Below are positions 40,044-50,245 of a stretch of DNA of 64,000 nucleotides, piece after piece (within the stretch, counting starts at the first letter, position 1; each line of letters starts with the position of its first letter). Source of the stretch: a virus. Location: positions 64,001 through 128,000 of the IMG/VR virus record IMGVR_UViG_3300025030_000004; one strand, written 5' to 3'. The notes under the pieces are model-generated. The model saw only the letters and a list, made by a program, of their open reading frames with translations, had not been told where the DNA came from and ran no database searches. The translations under genes were made by a program, and so were the position numbers.

Positions 40044-41246
40044 TTAAAAAATACTCTTAATCTGTACATTATGCTCGTCAAATACACTCGAATCATCACT
40101 CTTACTAGCTCTAATAACCACGAATTTATTGACATAGCTTGAATTATTCGCCGCTTTCAAAATAATATTACTGCCATCCTGACTTACAACACTTACATAC
40201 TCATTACTAGAACCGTCTTGATTGAATACGCTCCATAAAACACTCTTAGTTAAATCCACAATTCCATTATTCAGCACACTCGCCGTAAGTGTAATAGAAT
40301 TGTTTAATTTTACAGTTGTCGCTCCACTGATAGAAACAGTATAATTATCAACAACTGAGACTTCTTCAACAGTAATTGAGATAGAATCGCTAACGCTAGA
40401 ATCAGATGCTAATGAAACTGTAATGGTTGAATTGCCAATTGCTACAGGAGTTATCAACCCATTATTAACTGTTGCAACCAACTCATTACTAGACGCATAC
40501 GTTAACCGTAGATTACTTGAGAGAACTACATCATCTTTTAACGTATGTACATTTAATTGTACTGGTGTAACTATATTGGTTGACAAACTTTCACCATTCA
40601 ATATTTCAACACTAAATACGGGAAATATTTGCTCAACCTCACTGTATGACATTTTAAATATAATTAATCCAACGCTTGAAATATCATCGCCAACTCCAGA
40701 AATTGAATAATGCTGCAATCCAATTTTAAATACATCCCCAGACTTTATTTGCCGAGTTACTGAGGTATTTGGCACAGTCAATGGCACTTCATTTGATGCT
40801 GTAGAAATGTATTTATTTGAATCCACTCCAATTGTAATATCGCCAATAATACAAGGAATCTCATTTAAAACTGAGCTTTCATCGTAGAATTTTAAAATAT
40901 TATCAGCTCTTTCAACCGTACAATCATTTACCCCTACACTCAAATTATCTGTTTGAGTGCATAACCATTTACACTCTTGGAACTCAAAGACATCTCCAAT
41001 ACTGGGTTTTTGAGTTAATTCTTTAAAAATAACTTGACGATATTTATCTCTATCGCGATATAAGTTAGTTTCTAGAATTTTTGATGTAACTCTTGCTACT
41101 ATATCTATACCATTCCATTTAACAGTTAAAATATTAGGGGCATTGTCAAACTGCTCATTAACTACTGCTTGAAAATCATCTAAATATATTTGCTGTGCAG
41201 ATGATGGAGCAATAGGTAAATATGCAGAATAATACTTAAGCACCAT
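40044..41246 (-). CDS. Head-tail joining protein with Ig-like (Big2) domains
   Basis: YASSNELVATVNNGLITPVAIGNSTITV. Confidence 0.65.
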   Translation of the reverse strand: MVLKYYSAYLPIAPSSAQQIYLDDFQAVVNEQFDNAPNILTVKWNGIDIVARVTSKILETNLYRDRDKYRQVIFKELTQKPSIGDVFEFQECKWLCTQTDNLSVGVNDCTVERADNILKFYDESSVLNEIPCIIGDITIGVDSNKYISTASNEVPLTVPNTSVTRQIKSGDVFKIGLQHYSISGVGDDISSVGLIIFKMSYSEVEQIFPVFSVEILNGESLSTNIVTPVQLNVHTLKDDVVLSSNLRLTYASSNELVATVNNGLITPVAIGNSTITVSLASDSSVSDSISITVEEVSVVDNYTVSISGATTVKLNNSITLTASVLNNGIVDLTKSVLWSVFNQDGSSNEYVSVVSQDGSNIILKAANNSSYVNKFVVIRASKSDDSSVFDEHNVQIKSIF

Positions 41247-41275
41247 TGCCCATCATCTCCTTTTTTAATGTTGTA

Positions 41276-41737
41276 TTAAACATAATTACCACTATTCCAA
41301 GATGTCCAGTCGGTATTCTTTAAGCTATATTTTGTGATATTTTGATTTACTCTTTCGATTAGTATATTTTGAACATTTATTTTTTCTTTTAAATTATTTG
41401 CGTTGGAATACATTTTAAAATCTGCATCTGAGAGGAAATTGTTAAGTTGTGTTACATCAAGTATTTTAGTTGTCATCCATTGAATAACGGTTAAATCACT
41501 TAAAATAACTTTTTCTGACAATGTTAAAACGGATGCAAACACATTATTTATTAAGTCTACATCTTCTAAATTTTGTTTACATTCATACAAAAAATTTGGT
41601 ATACTTTTTACAACATACCCCGCCATTAAAGTTTTGAAATCTGGTATAGAAATACTATATAATTGATCAAGCTTATAATCTTTAAAAGAAATTAATGCTA
41701 AATCTATTATTTCGTCAAATGAAGTGCCAATTTCCAC
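41276..41737 (-). CDS. Head-tail adaptor-like protein
   Basis: GTSFDEI..DFKMYSNANNL; synteny. Confidence 0.55.
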   Translation of the reverse strand: MEIGTSFDEIIDLALISFKDYKLDQLYSISIPDFKTLMAGYVVKSIPNFLYECKQNLEDVDLINNVFASVLTLSEKVILSDLTVIQWMTTKILDVTQLNNFLSDADFKMYSNANNLKEKINVQNILIERVNQNITKYSLKNTDWTSWNSGNYV

Positions 41738-41744
41738 TCACCAC

Positions 41745-42434
41745 CTAACTTACTTGGACTTGTTTGTAATCTTCTGCCATATCTACAATATTTTTACCAT
41801 ACAATTTACTCAAAGCATTTACTTTATTTAAATCGATATCTTCTTCATTTGCTATTTTACGCGCAAGAATAGAGGCAACTTGTTCTTTTTGCATTTCAGT
41901 AGAATTTTTAAATAATTCATCCATATCTTGACGATTATAATCTAAAAGATTATCAATAATTTCCTTAGAAAGAAGTTTTTGATAAGCGTCTGTTAATCCA
42001 TGGTTTGAAACCACATTATCGTTGCAAATGTACAATAGACCCTTTTCCGCAAAACCAAATTGATAATGGAGAATTTCGGCTAAATCAGAATAGACTATAT
42101 TCTTCATTTCACCAAACTTTTCAAATCTGTATGGTTTTCCATTTCCATATGAGCCAGCAACTAGAATTAAAACACCATCAAAAAGAGAGACTACTTTAAT
42201 TCGCGTGTTAGGATGTACTTCTACGTACTCTTCAATAGGCAGAGGTTTGGTTGGGAAAGAAGGGGAGCTTACTTTTACTTCAGGTTGTTTTTGTTGTGAA
42301 GCAATAAATGATTTCATTAAAGATTTAAGTTCACTAAGTTCAAATTCCAGTTCCTCGTAAGATTTTTGTTTTGATTGTTCCTGTTCTAGTTGAGTAGTTT
42401 TTTGCACTTCTTGTTTTTTAGGTCTACCTGCCAT
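41745..42434 (-). CDS. Head-region protein (SPbeta YonA-like position)
   Basis: YRFEKFGE motif; follows capsid. Confidence 0.5.
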   Translation of the reverse strand: MAGRPKKQEVQKTTQLEQEQSKQKSYEELEFELSELKSLMKSFIASQQKQPEVKVSSPSFPTKPLPIEEYVEVHPNTRIKVVSLFDGVLILVAGSYGNGKPYRFEKFGEMKNIVYSDLAEILHYQFGFAEKGLLYICNDNVVSNHGLTDAYQKLLSKEIIDNLLDYNRQDMDELFKNSTEMQKEQVASILARKIANEEDIDLNKVNALSKLYGKNIVDMAEDYKQVQVS

Positions 42435-42465
42435 ATTTTATTTTTCCTTTCATTCTTGTGTAGGT

Positions 42466-42503
42466 AAAGGAGATATAGTAGTAAAACTAACCGTATCTCC
42501 TTT
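42466..42503 (-). terminator. Hairpin/terminator after the major capsid gene
   Basis: aaaggagatatagt...accgtatctccttt. Confidence 0.55.
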
Positions 42504-42526
42504 AAAATTATTATATTTGCTTATTA

Positions 42527-43627
42527 CTAGGACAGAGTGATCAAACCTGCAATTGAATTAGTAGCTACCGCAGCTTTCCAATTCTTTTTCAAAGTTGTGG
42601 TTTGAGTTAGGTTTGCATTAGCATAGGTGTCAGAGCTTACTGCGGTTGTGGAACCTTCGATTGCCAATTTTACAAGTTTTTGACTGGAAGGGGATAAAAC
42701 GTAGACACGAGTGTCATCCAAGAACAAAGAGAAGGGGGTTTTCCAGTCAGCAATTTGAGGTAAAACAAGTGCATCATAACCAGCAAAGTTCCTCACGTAT
42801 CCAAGTTTTACGTATTCTGAATCAAGAGTATAGCGATAATTACTGTCGGCAGGAAGCACATTTTGCAAAGCAAGCTGGGTACCCAAAATTACCGCCTTGG
42901 CACCTTGATTAAAAGCCGTCACTTTTTGGCACAAATTAACTAAAGCACTTTGAGTATATCCAGCAACTTTTAAGCCTGTGGCACCAGTGGAAAGATTTCC
43001 CATAGCAGTATTGAATGCATTATAGCAGTCATAAGTAGCTTCGGTCTCGATGGAACGTACTGCTTTTGTAACAAACTGAGCCAAGTTTTCCTCACCAGAA
43101 AGAACACGATAAAGAGAAACTTGAACAGTAACATCATGTTCTTCGGGGATGAGAGTTACTTGACCGTCAAATTGTTTATGCACTTCTGAAGTGCGCTTTC
43201 CACGTCCACCCTTAGAAACTACAAATAAATCGCGAGGTTTTACCCTAAAACTAAAAGAATCGCCATATCCACCTGTAACAATATCCGTATAAATACCAAT
43301 GCTATCAATTAAAGTATCTGGCAAGATGGTATCCACCAAAGAGTTTATTACTGCAAAAGTTGCCCATTTAAGATTCGGATTGGAAACCCAAACTTCCATA
43401 GGGAATGCAGAAAAATCGGTTACTTGAGCATGACGAGCAATTTCATTCAAAAGAGCCTTGTGTATTTTGGTACTTTTCTCGTCAAAAGAAATGGTGGTAT
43501 CAAATTGAAGATGTTTTTCAGTTAATTTATTTTCAACCCTATATTGGTTGTAATAATCGATAAATGCTTCATAAATTTCAGTTTTTCCTTGTGCAAAGTT
43601 AAGCACACTAGATGGTAATTTAATCAT
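42527..43627 (-). CDS. Major capsid protein
   Basis: 366 aa, strong RBS aggagga, downstream of scaffold/decoration genes; AVILGTQLAL, GYVRNFAG. Confidence 0.75.
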   Translation of the reverse strand: MIKLPSSVLNFAQGKTEIYEAFIDYYNQYRVENKLTEKHLQFDTTISFDEKSTKIHKALLNEIARHAQVTDFSAFPMEVWVSNPNLKWATFAVINSLVDTILPDTLIDSIGIYTDIVTGGYGDSFSFRVKPRDLFVVSKGGRGKRTSEVHKQFDGQVTLIPEEHDVTVQVSLYRVLSGEENLAQFVTKAVRSIETEATYDCYNAFNTAMGNLSTGATGLKVAGYTQSALVNLCQKVTAFNQGAKAVILGTQLALQNVLPADSNYRYTLDSEYVKLGYVRNFAGYDALVLPQIADWKTPFSLFLDDTRVYVLSPSSQKLVKLAIEGSTTAVSSDTYANANLTQTTTLKKNWKAAVATNSIAGLITLS

Positions 43628-43661
43628 AATGTTTAAATCCTCCTTATATTATATTTATTTA

Positions 43662-44204
43662 TTAGGAATTAGCAGAAGCCGCCCATGCCAGTGTATATGC
43701 TCCATTAGTAGCAACAACAAAGGTATTAGTACTCTTAGTACCAGTTAGACCATCAGCAGTAACAGTTAAAATATCGCCATCAATGGGTTTAAAAGCACTA
43801 AATACATCACCTTGAAGATTAGTGAAATTTCTTACGTCATGGTCGATACCTTTGAATTTATTACTTCCAGAAATAGTTACAACTACTTCAGGCTCGTAAG
43901 CCATCCAAAGATTAGAACTATTGTCTACAACTTCAAATTCATATGCAGTTACGCGCTGATTGCCAATAGAACCATCAGCAATAGAAATATAAGTAGTGTT
44001 GAGTAATCTAAGAGAAAACTTCAGTGCTCCAGTGGCAGGTTGAGTAGCCAACCATACTTCACCTTCACCTGTGGCTGAAGATTTTGAAGCCAAATAAAAG
44101 ATATTACCATTGTCAATATCGGCACTTGCCGATTTAGCAAACCTATTAAGAGAATCGAGTTGAGTTGCTTGAGCAACGTTTTGGATTAATACGGCGTGAG
44201 ACAT
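43662..44204 (-). CDS. Head decoration protein (YonC-like position)
   Basis: DIDNG, RNFTN..FSAFKP..GDI; precedes capsid. Confidence 0.6.
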   Translation of the reverse strand: MSHAVLIQNVAQATQLDSLNRFAKSASADIDNGNIFYLASKSSATGEGEVWLATQPATGALKFSLRLLNTTYISIADGSIGNQRVTAYEFEVVDNSSNLWMAYEPEVVVTISGSNKFKGIDHDVRNFTNLQGDVFSAFKPIDGDILTVTADGLTGTKSTNTFVVATNGAYTLAWAASANS

Positions 44205-44232
44205 TATTCATTACCTCCATTTTTTTATTTAT

Positions 44233-44559
44233 TTAAAATACTATAAAATTGATTATGTCCCCGGTAGTTAAGATATAGTCCGTCGAATTTGTTGCCACAA
44301 CAAGATTAGTTGTAGACGCAGATAAGGCTGCTTTATTTGTTACATCTTTGCCTGCGCGCAAAATATTGACCACAAAACCTGTCACAGTTTTCCCAACTGG
44401 AATACTAACAGTGGTAGCGGTTTGATCAGCAGACACCGCAGTATAAGTGCCAGTAATTATTGCATTTTGCAAATTCTGAATTGCATCACCTAAAGTTGCT
44501 TTATTAGCACTTATACACATATTATTTAATTGTTTTTTTTGAGCATCAGTAATAGCCAT
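44233..44559 (-). CDS. Small virion structural protein
   Basis: LNNM..A....LGD; Thr/Ala-rich. Confidence 0.5.
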   Translation of the reverse strand: MAITDAQKKQLNNMCISANKATLGDAIQNLQNAIITGTYTAVSADQTATTVSIPVGKTVTGFVVNILRAGKDVTNKAALSASTTNLVVATNSTDYILTTGDIINFIVF

Positions 44560-44585
44560 AATTTAATTCACCTACTTTCTAAAAG

Positions 44586-46085
44586 TTAACTACCAATCTT
44601 ATTCCAAATACTTCCTGATTGGTTCTTTTCTTCAACAAATGGTAATCCAATTCTTACAAATCCAACATCATTTGATTTACCTTTAGAAAAACTAAATGCT
44701 TCTGCTTTTACTTTATTGACCCAAATATTAAGATTATCAGCAGAGAAAGTTTTTGCTTCTTCGCGTAATTCTTCCATTTTTTCTTTTGGCATAGATTCCA
44801 TAACTTCTGAAAGTGTATATTCAATCGTAGCCATCATTTGGTTTGCCTCAATATCAGCTTTGAATTTTTTAAGATCCTCATTTTCAGCCATATAAACTGC
44901 CATTTTTTCTTCCATATGAGATTTCATTTCATCCATTTGTTTTTGCATTTCATCCATTTTGGATTTCATTTTACTCATATGGGATTTCATTTCTTCTTCT
45001 GACATCATCATGGGCATATCTTTATCTTCTGGCATTTTGTCTTCTTGCATCATCATTGGCTTGTCGTCTTTTTTCATATCATCTTCGGAATGTTCTTCCT
45101 TAGACATTTTTTCCTTGCCTTCTTCTGTAAGTTCTTGATTTTGCTCTGCTTGTTTTTCATTGAGTTCTGCCTGTGCAGTTGCAGATGTATTTTCATCAGA
45201 TGTCATATTTTCTTGTTCTATTTCAGGTTTTTTCATTTCTTTTTCAATCACTATATCTTCCTCCTTTTTCATTTCTTCTACTTGTGGATTTATAATATTT
45301 TCTGCCCATTCCAAAGACTCGAGTCCGCCCAATAAATATTGAGCAGTTTCGGTTTTTGTTTTGGCTGAAAATTTTATTATATTATGCAGTAAATCTAAAC
45401 TTGCAAATTCATTATTTATTAATTGATTTGCAATTGAAATATTTACAGCAGTAATCCCTTTAGGATTGATTTCTTTAAGAGAAATTCCTTTTTCGGCATT
45501 TTGTTTGACGATGGGCGGGATTTCATAATTAAGGAGAATAGAATCAAAATTCATAAGTTTTTTAACTTCCTCTACTACAGCAGAAAAAGATAAAACCTCA
45601 ACTCTAGCATTGGGAATTGCAGGAGTCGTTCCAATTAAAGTAATCCCACTAAATGAAAATAATTCAATAGAATCGTTTTCTCCAGATTCTAAGACGACTA
45701 TTTCCATACTTAAGTTTTTAATTTGATCTCTATCTAAAACAAAAGCAACGTCTTTTGCGTATCTGCACCATATAATTCCATCTGCACAGAGCCATCTTTT
45801 TCCTTCTTCATCTGTTTCATAAAAAATATCACTATCAGATAAAATTACTCCAACTGCAATTTCATCAAATTCATGACCCATTAAATCTTTATTATAGCGA
45901 TCATATTTTGCTACAATTGGTTTTCCTACTAAAGTTGGTCTTGCTTTTTCAATGCATTCCCATGAAATTGGCTTCTGGTGCTGATTATCACCTTCTGATA
46001 CTATCCATAGACGAACTTTCATAAGTTCGCTATTTGATACTTCCATTAAATCAAACTTGCTTATTGCAAATGATAGCTTATTCAT
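44586..46085 (-). CDS. Prohead protease-scaffold fusion (YonD-like)
   Basis: GKPIVAKY..GHE..G.IW.RY..LSMEI..FSGITLIG..PA; acidic, Met-rich coiled-coil C-terminus. Confidence 0.7.
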   Translation of the reverse strand: MNKLSFAISKFDLMEVSNSELMKVRLWIVSEGDNQHQKPISWECIEKARPTLVGKPIVAKYDRYNKDLMGHEFDEIAVGVILSDSDIFYETDEEGKRWLCADGIIWCRYAKDVAFVLDRDQIKNLSMEIVVLESGENDSIELFSFSGITLIGTTPAIPNARVEVLSFSAVVEEVKKLMNFDSILLNYEIPPIVKQNAEKGISLKEINPKGITAVNISIANQLINNEFASLDLLHNIIKFSAKTKTETAQYLLGGLESLEWAENIINPQVEEMKKEEDIVIEKEMKKPEIEQENMTSDENTSATAQAELNEKQAEQNQELTEEGKEKMSKEEHSEDDMKKDDKPMMMQEDKMPEDKDMPMMMSEEEMKSHMSKMKSKMDEMQKQMDEMKSHMEEKMAVYMAENEDLKKFKADIEANQMMATIEYTLSEVMESMPKEKMEELREEAKTFSADNLNIWVNKVKAEAFSFSKGKSNDVGFVRIGLPFVEEKNQSGSIWNKIGS

Positions 46086-46114
46086 TTTTCACCTCCCTTC
46101 TAAAATAAAAGTGA

Positions 46115-46306
46115 TTAAACCAACCACTTAATCCAAATTGGAGCAAAATTTATCATTTGTTGAAATTCTCTAGTGTTACTAAAATAATAAAAACCACTTT
46201 CATCTTGAGATAAAAGTGGAATGTTATTTTTAATTATGTAATTTTTGAGTATAGTTGATTTTGTTTTGTATGTATTAAAGAGAGAAGAGGGATTAGTGAT
46301 AAACAA
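46115..46306 (-). CDS. Small hypothetical protein
   Basis: ORF in operon. Confidence 0.55.
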   Translation of the reverse strand: MFITNPSSLFNTYKTKSTILKNYIIKNNIPLLSQDESGFYYFSNTREFQQMINFAPIWIKWLV

Positions 46307-46798
46307 TTATAAATCACCCCATAAACTAAACTTAATTTTATTAATTCTAGAGAATAATTCAATGCTAAAAGATTTATTTTCTTTTAATTCTTTTCCAAAC
46401 CAATCAGGGATAATAAAATTATTCATAGATTCTTCATTTGAAAATTCTACTTCAACTATTTTGTCTCCCGTATCAAGAAAATTATCAATCTCTGCAATTA
46501 AATTGTCATCTAATTCAACAATTGTACGCTCTTTTATAATTGGTTTTTTATTAATTACTTCAAAAATCCTATCATATCTTTCTCTGCTAATACGATGCTC
46601 TAATTCTTCCCTAGTATTATCTTTAAGTTGATATTTAACTGTATGATAATAAGTATCTTTATTATCTGAATCAGTAATTTTACGAACTCTAACGTCAGGA
46701 GAAAAATTAGCATATGTCTGAGTGATTGTAAATTTATCTTTTACTTGAGAGGAAGGAGGATCTGATTTTAGTTTCCACCGTTTTTCACGTTCAATCAC
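46307..46798 (-). CDS. CYTH-domain (triphosphate tunnel) protein
   Basis: IEREKRW (ExExK-like), ITQTY, VRVRK, REELE, IKER, VEVEF, PDWFGKE. Confidence 0.8.
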   Translation of the reverse strand: MIEREKRWKLKSDPPSSQVKDKFTITQTYANFSPDVRVRKITDSDNKDTYYHTVKYQLKDNTREELEHRISRERYDRIFEVINKKPIIKERTIVELDDNLIAEIDNFLDTGDKIVEVEFSNEESMNNFIIPDWFGKELKENKSFSIELFSRINKIKFSLWGDL

Positions 46799-46870
46799 GC
46801 AGATAATTCACCTACTTTTTCTAAATATGACATAATAAAATCATTTAGTTTATCCATAACTCCTAGTAGA

Positions 46871-48460
46871 TTATTTTTTCATTTCATTAGATGATGCATC
46901 TCTTGTAATTACTCCTGCGTCTCCTAATTCACCATCTGGTGTCCTTGGCCTTCCATTTTCAACATCTTTGCCACTCATTTGAGATGCTTTAATGATTGGA
47001 GTTAATCCATCTACAAACCCCTTTGCTTTACTCATTTTCATTTGATTTTGGAATTCGAACGGACTCATCCCCAATGAAGCACTAATTTTCTGAGGCAAGA
47101 CTATCCCATAGTCTGCCAATTTTAGAGCGTTATCTAGTCTTTCTTTTCTGCTTGAAGGCATCTCGGTTCCTTCGAATTTCACGGAAAACTTAAATTTGCG
47201 TGTCTTTCTATTTATAAAATAATTCATAAAGTCTTCAAAATATGGATACATAAAAGTAACAACTTGTTCATCAATGGATAGACTGTTACGACTTTCTTCT
47301 GCGTTAGTACGATCTGTAGTATACAACAAACGTGAGTTATTTCCACTACTTGCAACTGCTACTTTATTATATTGATCTAATATATTATTATCAGAACCTT
47401 TAAACTCAAATGATTTAACATCCTCAAAGGGAGCGATAGCAAAATTTATCTCTTTAGCCAATCCTTGTCTAACTAAAGAGGCAAATTTTCCAGCCGTTTC
47501 AGGACTTAATTGCAAAGCATCTTTTACTGAGCCGCCTTTTGTATCTTTGTTAAATCCAATTAAACCAATCAACACTTTACTTGCTTCAATAATATATTTT
47601 GACGTTTGAAGTTTTCTGACTATTGGTCTAATTACCAATTCTGAAAACAACGGCGCGAAGAATGGAACATTTGTAGCCAGTTCAGGGTTGAACTTAAAAC
47701 ACCAGAATCCGTCTGCGGGGCTAGTTTGTCTCCAATAAATATAAGAAGAATTACGATTATTAATCGAGTTATGAGGAATATATTTATTAGTATTATTTTT
47801 TAACATTCCTAAATACTGTTTTTGCATTGACTTAGGATACATTTGTATATCCACTCCGGGTTGAGACAAAAAATAAATGTAATCAAAATCCCATAAAAAC
47901 CCATAGTCCCATCTTCCTGTAATTTTACAATAATCAGCATTTAATTCCTGTAATAAATATTGATCTCCATCTTCACGAAAAACACAAAACATAGTTTCTC
48001 TACGAATAAGTTGGCGTAGAATAGATTTGAATTCTTTTTTATAATTAAATTTTTGCAAGAAATCTTCTAATATTTTTTCGTCTTTTTTATAAGCAGGGGT
48101 TGTGTAATCCTTTTTATCTGCATTTGTACAAGTATATGTTAAATCCCACGAAAGTAAATTTCCCAAAAATTGAATTTGCCGTTTATAAAGCATATCAATC
48201 ATCTCAAAATATTCAGAAAGACCTCTTAATTCTTTTTCATTTTCTTTGGGATTTAATAAAGCTTTATCAATGATATCTTGGGTTCCTGCGATAGGGTTAA
48301 GATTTATATCTCTCATACGAGCATTTACTAGATCTGGAGTATAGATGTTGTTATATATATTTGACATTTGTTTTGCAAAAGATACTACATCCCATGTTTC
48401 TTGTTCTGTAAGAGGGGATGGGGGAGAGGTATCTGTGTTTGAAGTTTTCTTTCTTGTCAT
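46871..48460 (-). CDS. Portal protein (YonE-like)
   Basis: 529 aa directly after terminase; DYCKITG, C-terminal GRP. Confidence 0.75.
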   Translation of the reverse strand: MTRKKTSNTDTSPPSPLTEQETWDVVSFAKQMSNIYNNIYTPDLVNARMRDINLNPIAGTQDIIDKALLNPKENEKELRGLSEYFEMIDMLYKRQIQFLGNLLSWDLTYTCTNADKKDYTTPAYKKDEKILEDFLQKFNYKKEFKSILRQLIRRETMFCVFREDGDQYLLQELNADYCKITGRWDYGFLWDFDYIYFLSQPGVDIQMYPKSMQKQYLGMLKNNTNKYIPHNSINNRNSSYIYWRQTSPADGFWCFKFNPELATNVPFFAPLFSELVIRPIVRKLQTSKYIIEASKVLIGLIGFNKDTKGGSVKDALQLSPETAGKFASLVRQGLAKEINFAIAPFEDVKSFEFKGSDNNILDQYNKVAVASSGNNSRLLYTTDRTNAEESRNSLSIDEQVVTFMYPYFEDFMNYFINRKTRKFKFSVKFEGTEMPSSRKERLDNALKLADYGIVLPQKISASLGMSPFEFQNQMKMSKAKGFVDGLTPIIKASQMSGKDVENGRPRTPDGELGDAGVITRDASSNEMKK

Positions 48461-48493
48461 TGTTTAAAGTTGCCTCCTTTCTTTGTTTTAGGT

Positions 48494-50233
48494 TTAGAGG
48501 AACATTGTATATTGTGAGAGAATATCAAAATCATCCCTTGTTTCGGTAATATTATCTTCAAATGTTTTAATATACCAAGCACAATATGAAACGCTAGAAT
48601 ATCTGTCTTTATTGATTTTTCTAACCACTCTCTTAACCTTAAGTCTCCCATTATTAATATGTTCCAGTTGTAAGTTGACAATTTCCTCAATTAAAAAATC
48701 AGTTTGGACAAAGGGTACTATATTTGTCAAATAATCATTTTTATCATTCAAATCGTAGTCTATGTCTTTTTTTTTCTCAAGCAAACGTAACTTACCACTG
48801 TCAACAATATCAATAAAATTAACAATTACTTCTGTATTATTTGATTGCGCTTTTAGATCATATAAGCAATTTTCAAAAACTTCTTCATCAGGATTCGCAT
48901 CAGTGTTTATTGTATTCCAACATCCTAATACTTCGCCATCAGCAGGATTAACTTGTGATTTCATTAATTCATCAATTATCCCCGATCCGAGACCATTACC
49001 GTCTGCAACGACCATTTTTGCATTATATTGTTTCTTTATTAATTTTACTTTAATAGCTTGAGCACTAAAACTTAAAGCATTAGAAATATTAATAAGATTT
49101 ACTAGGTTCATACTTTTTACTTTTCCATTAGCAAGTCGTTCTACTTCAATAACTGCTACTGATGTTTGGTTATTTGAAGTATCTTGACTACGAGCTACAT
49201 CTACTCCTAAAAAATAGCTACATTTATCGTTTGGAATAAAAACAGGTGATGTTAAATTTCGTATTTTTAATAAGTTATTTACATCTACCAAACAATTTTC
49301 AACTGACCCAACCCAATGACTCATATAGTTCATTGCGAACGCTATTGGTGAAGTATTCTTTTTTTTATTCTGCATTTGTTTTTTTGTAGAACCTCTTCCA
49401 TACCAACATCCCAAATGCCAATCAGAACCTAAAACAATAACTCCTTTAAGTTCTATCATATCATCTACCATTCTTAGACTTCTTTGATATTCGTCACTAC
49501 CTCTAAAACCAGATGTCGTGAAGAAATTTATTTGTTGATTTAATTCTTCCGGATTTGTCATACCAAGTTTTCCAACTGTCATTCGACCAACTTCGACGAT
49601 AGGTTCAAGTGCATCTTCATAAACGACAGAATTCAACAGCGCACTTTCTTCAATATTCACTCTATTTCGACGTTGACCTTTACTTGTTTGAGCATTTGCA
49701 AGGATATCTATTCTGCTATTATTTACAAAAGTTATTTCTGCATCATTTTTTGAAAACTTTTTATCATAAATTTCATTATGAAACCAAGGATAATATTTCA
49801 CTATTTCAAGATATTTATCTTTTAATAATTCTGCTGCATTTTCTTTTGTTTGAGCCGTTAGTGATAAATTTATTGACGGAAAGAGAATAGAAATTACAAA
49901 CATTGCTAAAACTTCATTAAATGTTTTTCCAAATCCTCTAGGGAATACCCCATAAAAACTCATAAACCTAACAGTTGCCCTAAGAAAGGTTCTTTGGTCT
50001 GGATGTAGATTGATTCCTCCTGTTTTAGGTTTTAATAAATCTAAAAGGAGATCGGGGTAAAACCTAGCCCATGAAAGAAATTCAATATATTTATTTAAAT
50101 TTTCATTAAATGCGTCCGATTCTTTTTTCCCTTTTGAATCTACAGTACTATTAAATTCTGGATTATAATTTGTTCTACTTTCTTTTTGAGTATATTTTGC
50201 GTTATCGCTTTGAAATTTACCATATGAAGGCAT
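48494..50233 (-). CDS. Terminase large subunit (YonF-like)
   Basis: PRGFGKT, GQRR..NIEE, FFTTSG, LGVDVAR, DGNGLGSG, KDRYS; no intein or intron. Confidence 0.9.
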   Translation of the reverse strand: MPSYGKFQSDNAKYTQKESRTNYNPEFNSTVDSKGKKESDAFNENLNKYIEFLSWARFYPDLLLDLLKPKTGGINLHPDQRTFLRATVRFMSFYGVFPRGFGKTFNEVLAMFVISILFPSINLSLTAQTKENAAELLKDKYLEIVKYYPWFHNEIYDKKFSKNDAEITFVNNSRIDILANAQTSKGQRRNRVNIEESALLNSVVYEDALEPIVEVGRMTVGKLGMTNPEELNQQINFFTTSGFRGSDEYQRSLRMVDDMIELKGVIVLGSDWHLGCWYGRGSTKKQMQNKKKNTSPIAFAMNYMSHWVGSVENCLVDVNNLLKIRNLTSPVFIPNDKCSYFLGVDVARSQDTSNNQTSVAVIEVERLANGKVKSMNLVNLINISNALSFSAQAIKVKLIKKQYNAKMVVADGNGLGSGIIDELMKSQVNPADGEVLGCWNTINTDANPDEEVFENCLYDLKAQSNNTEVIVNFIDIVDSGKLRLLEKKKDIDYDLNDKNDYLTNIVPFVQTDFLIEEIVNLQLEHINNGRLKVKRVVRKINKDRYSSVSYCAWYIKTFEDNITETRDDFDILSQYTMFL

Positions 50234-50245
50234 TAATCATCACCT

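Noticed and set aside
48494-50233. Intein or intron in the terminase
   Set aside because: Continuous 579-aa ORF with normally spaced motifs and no C...HN splice signature.
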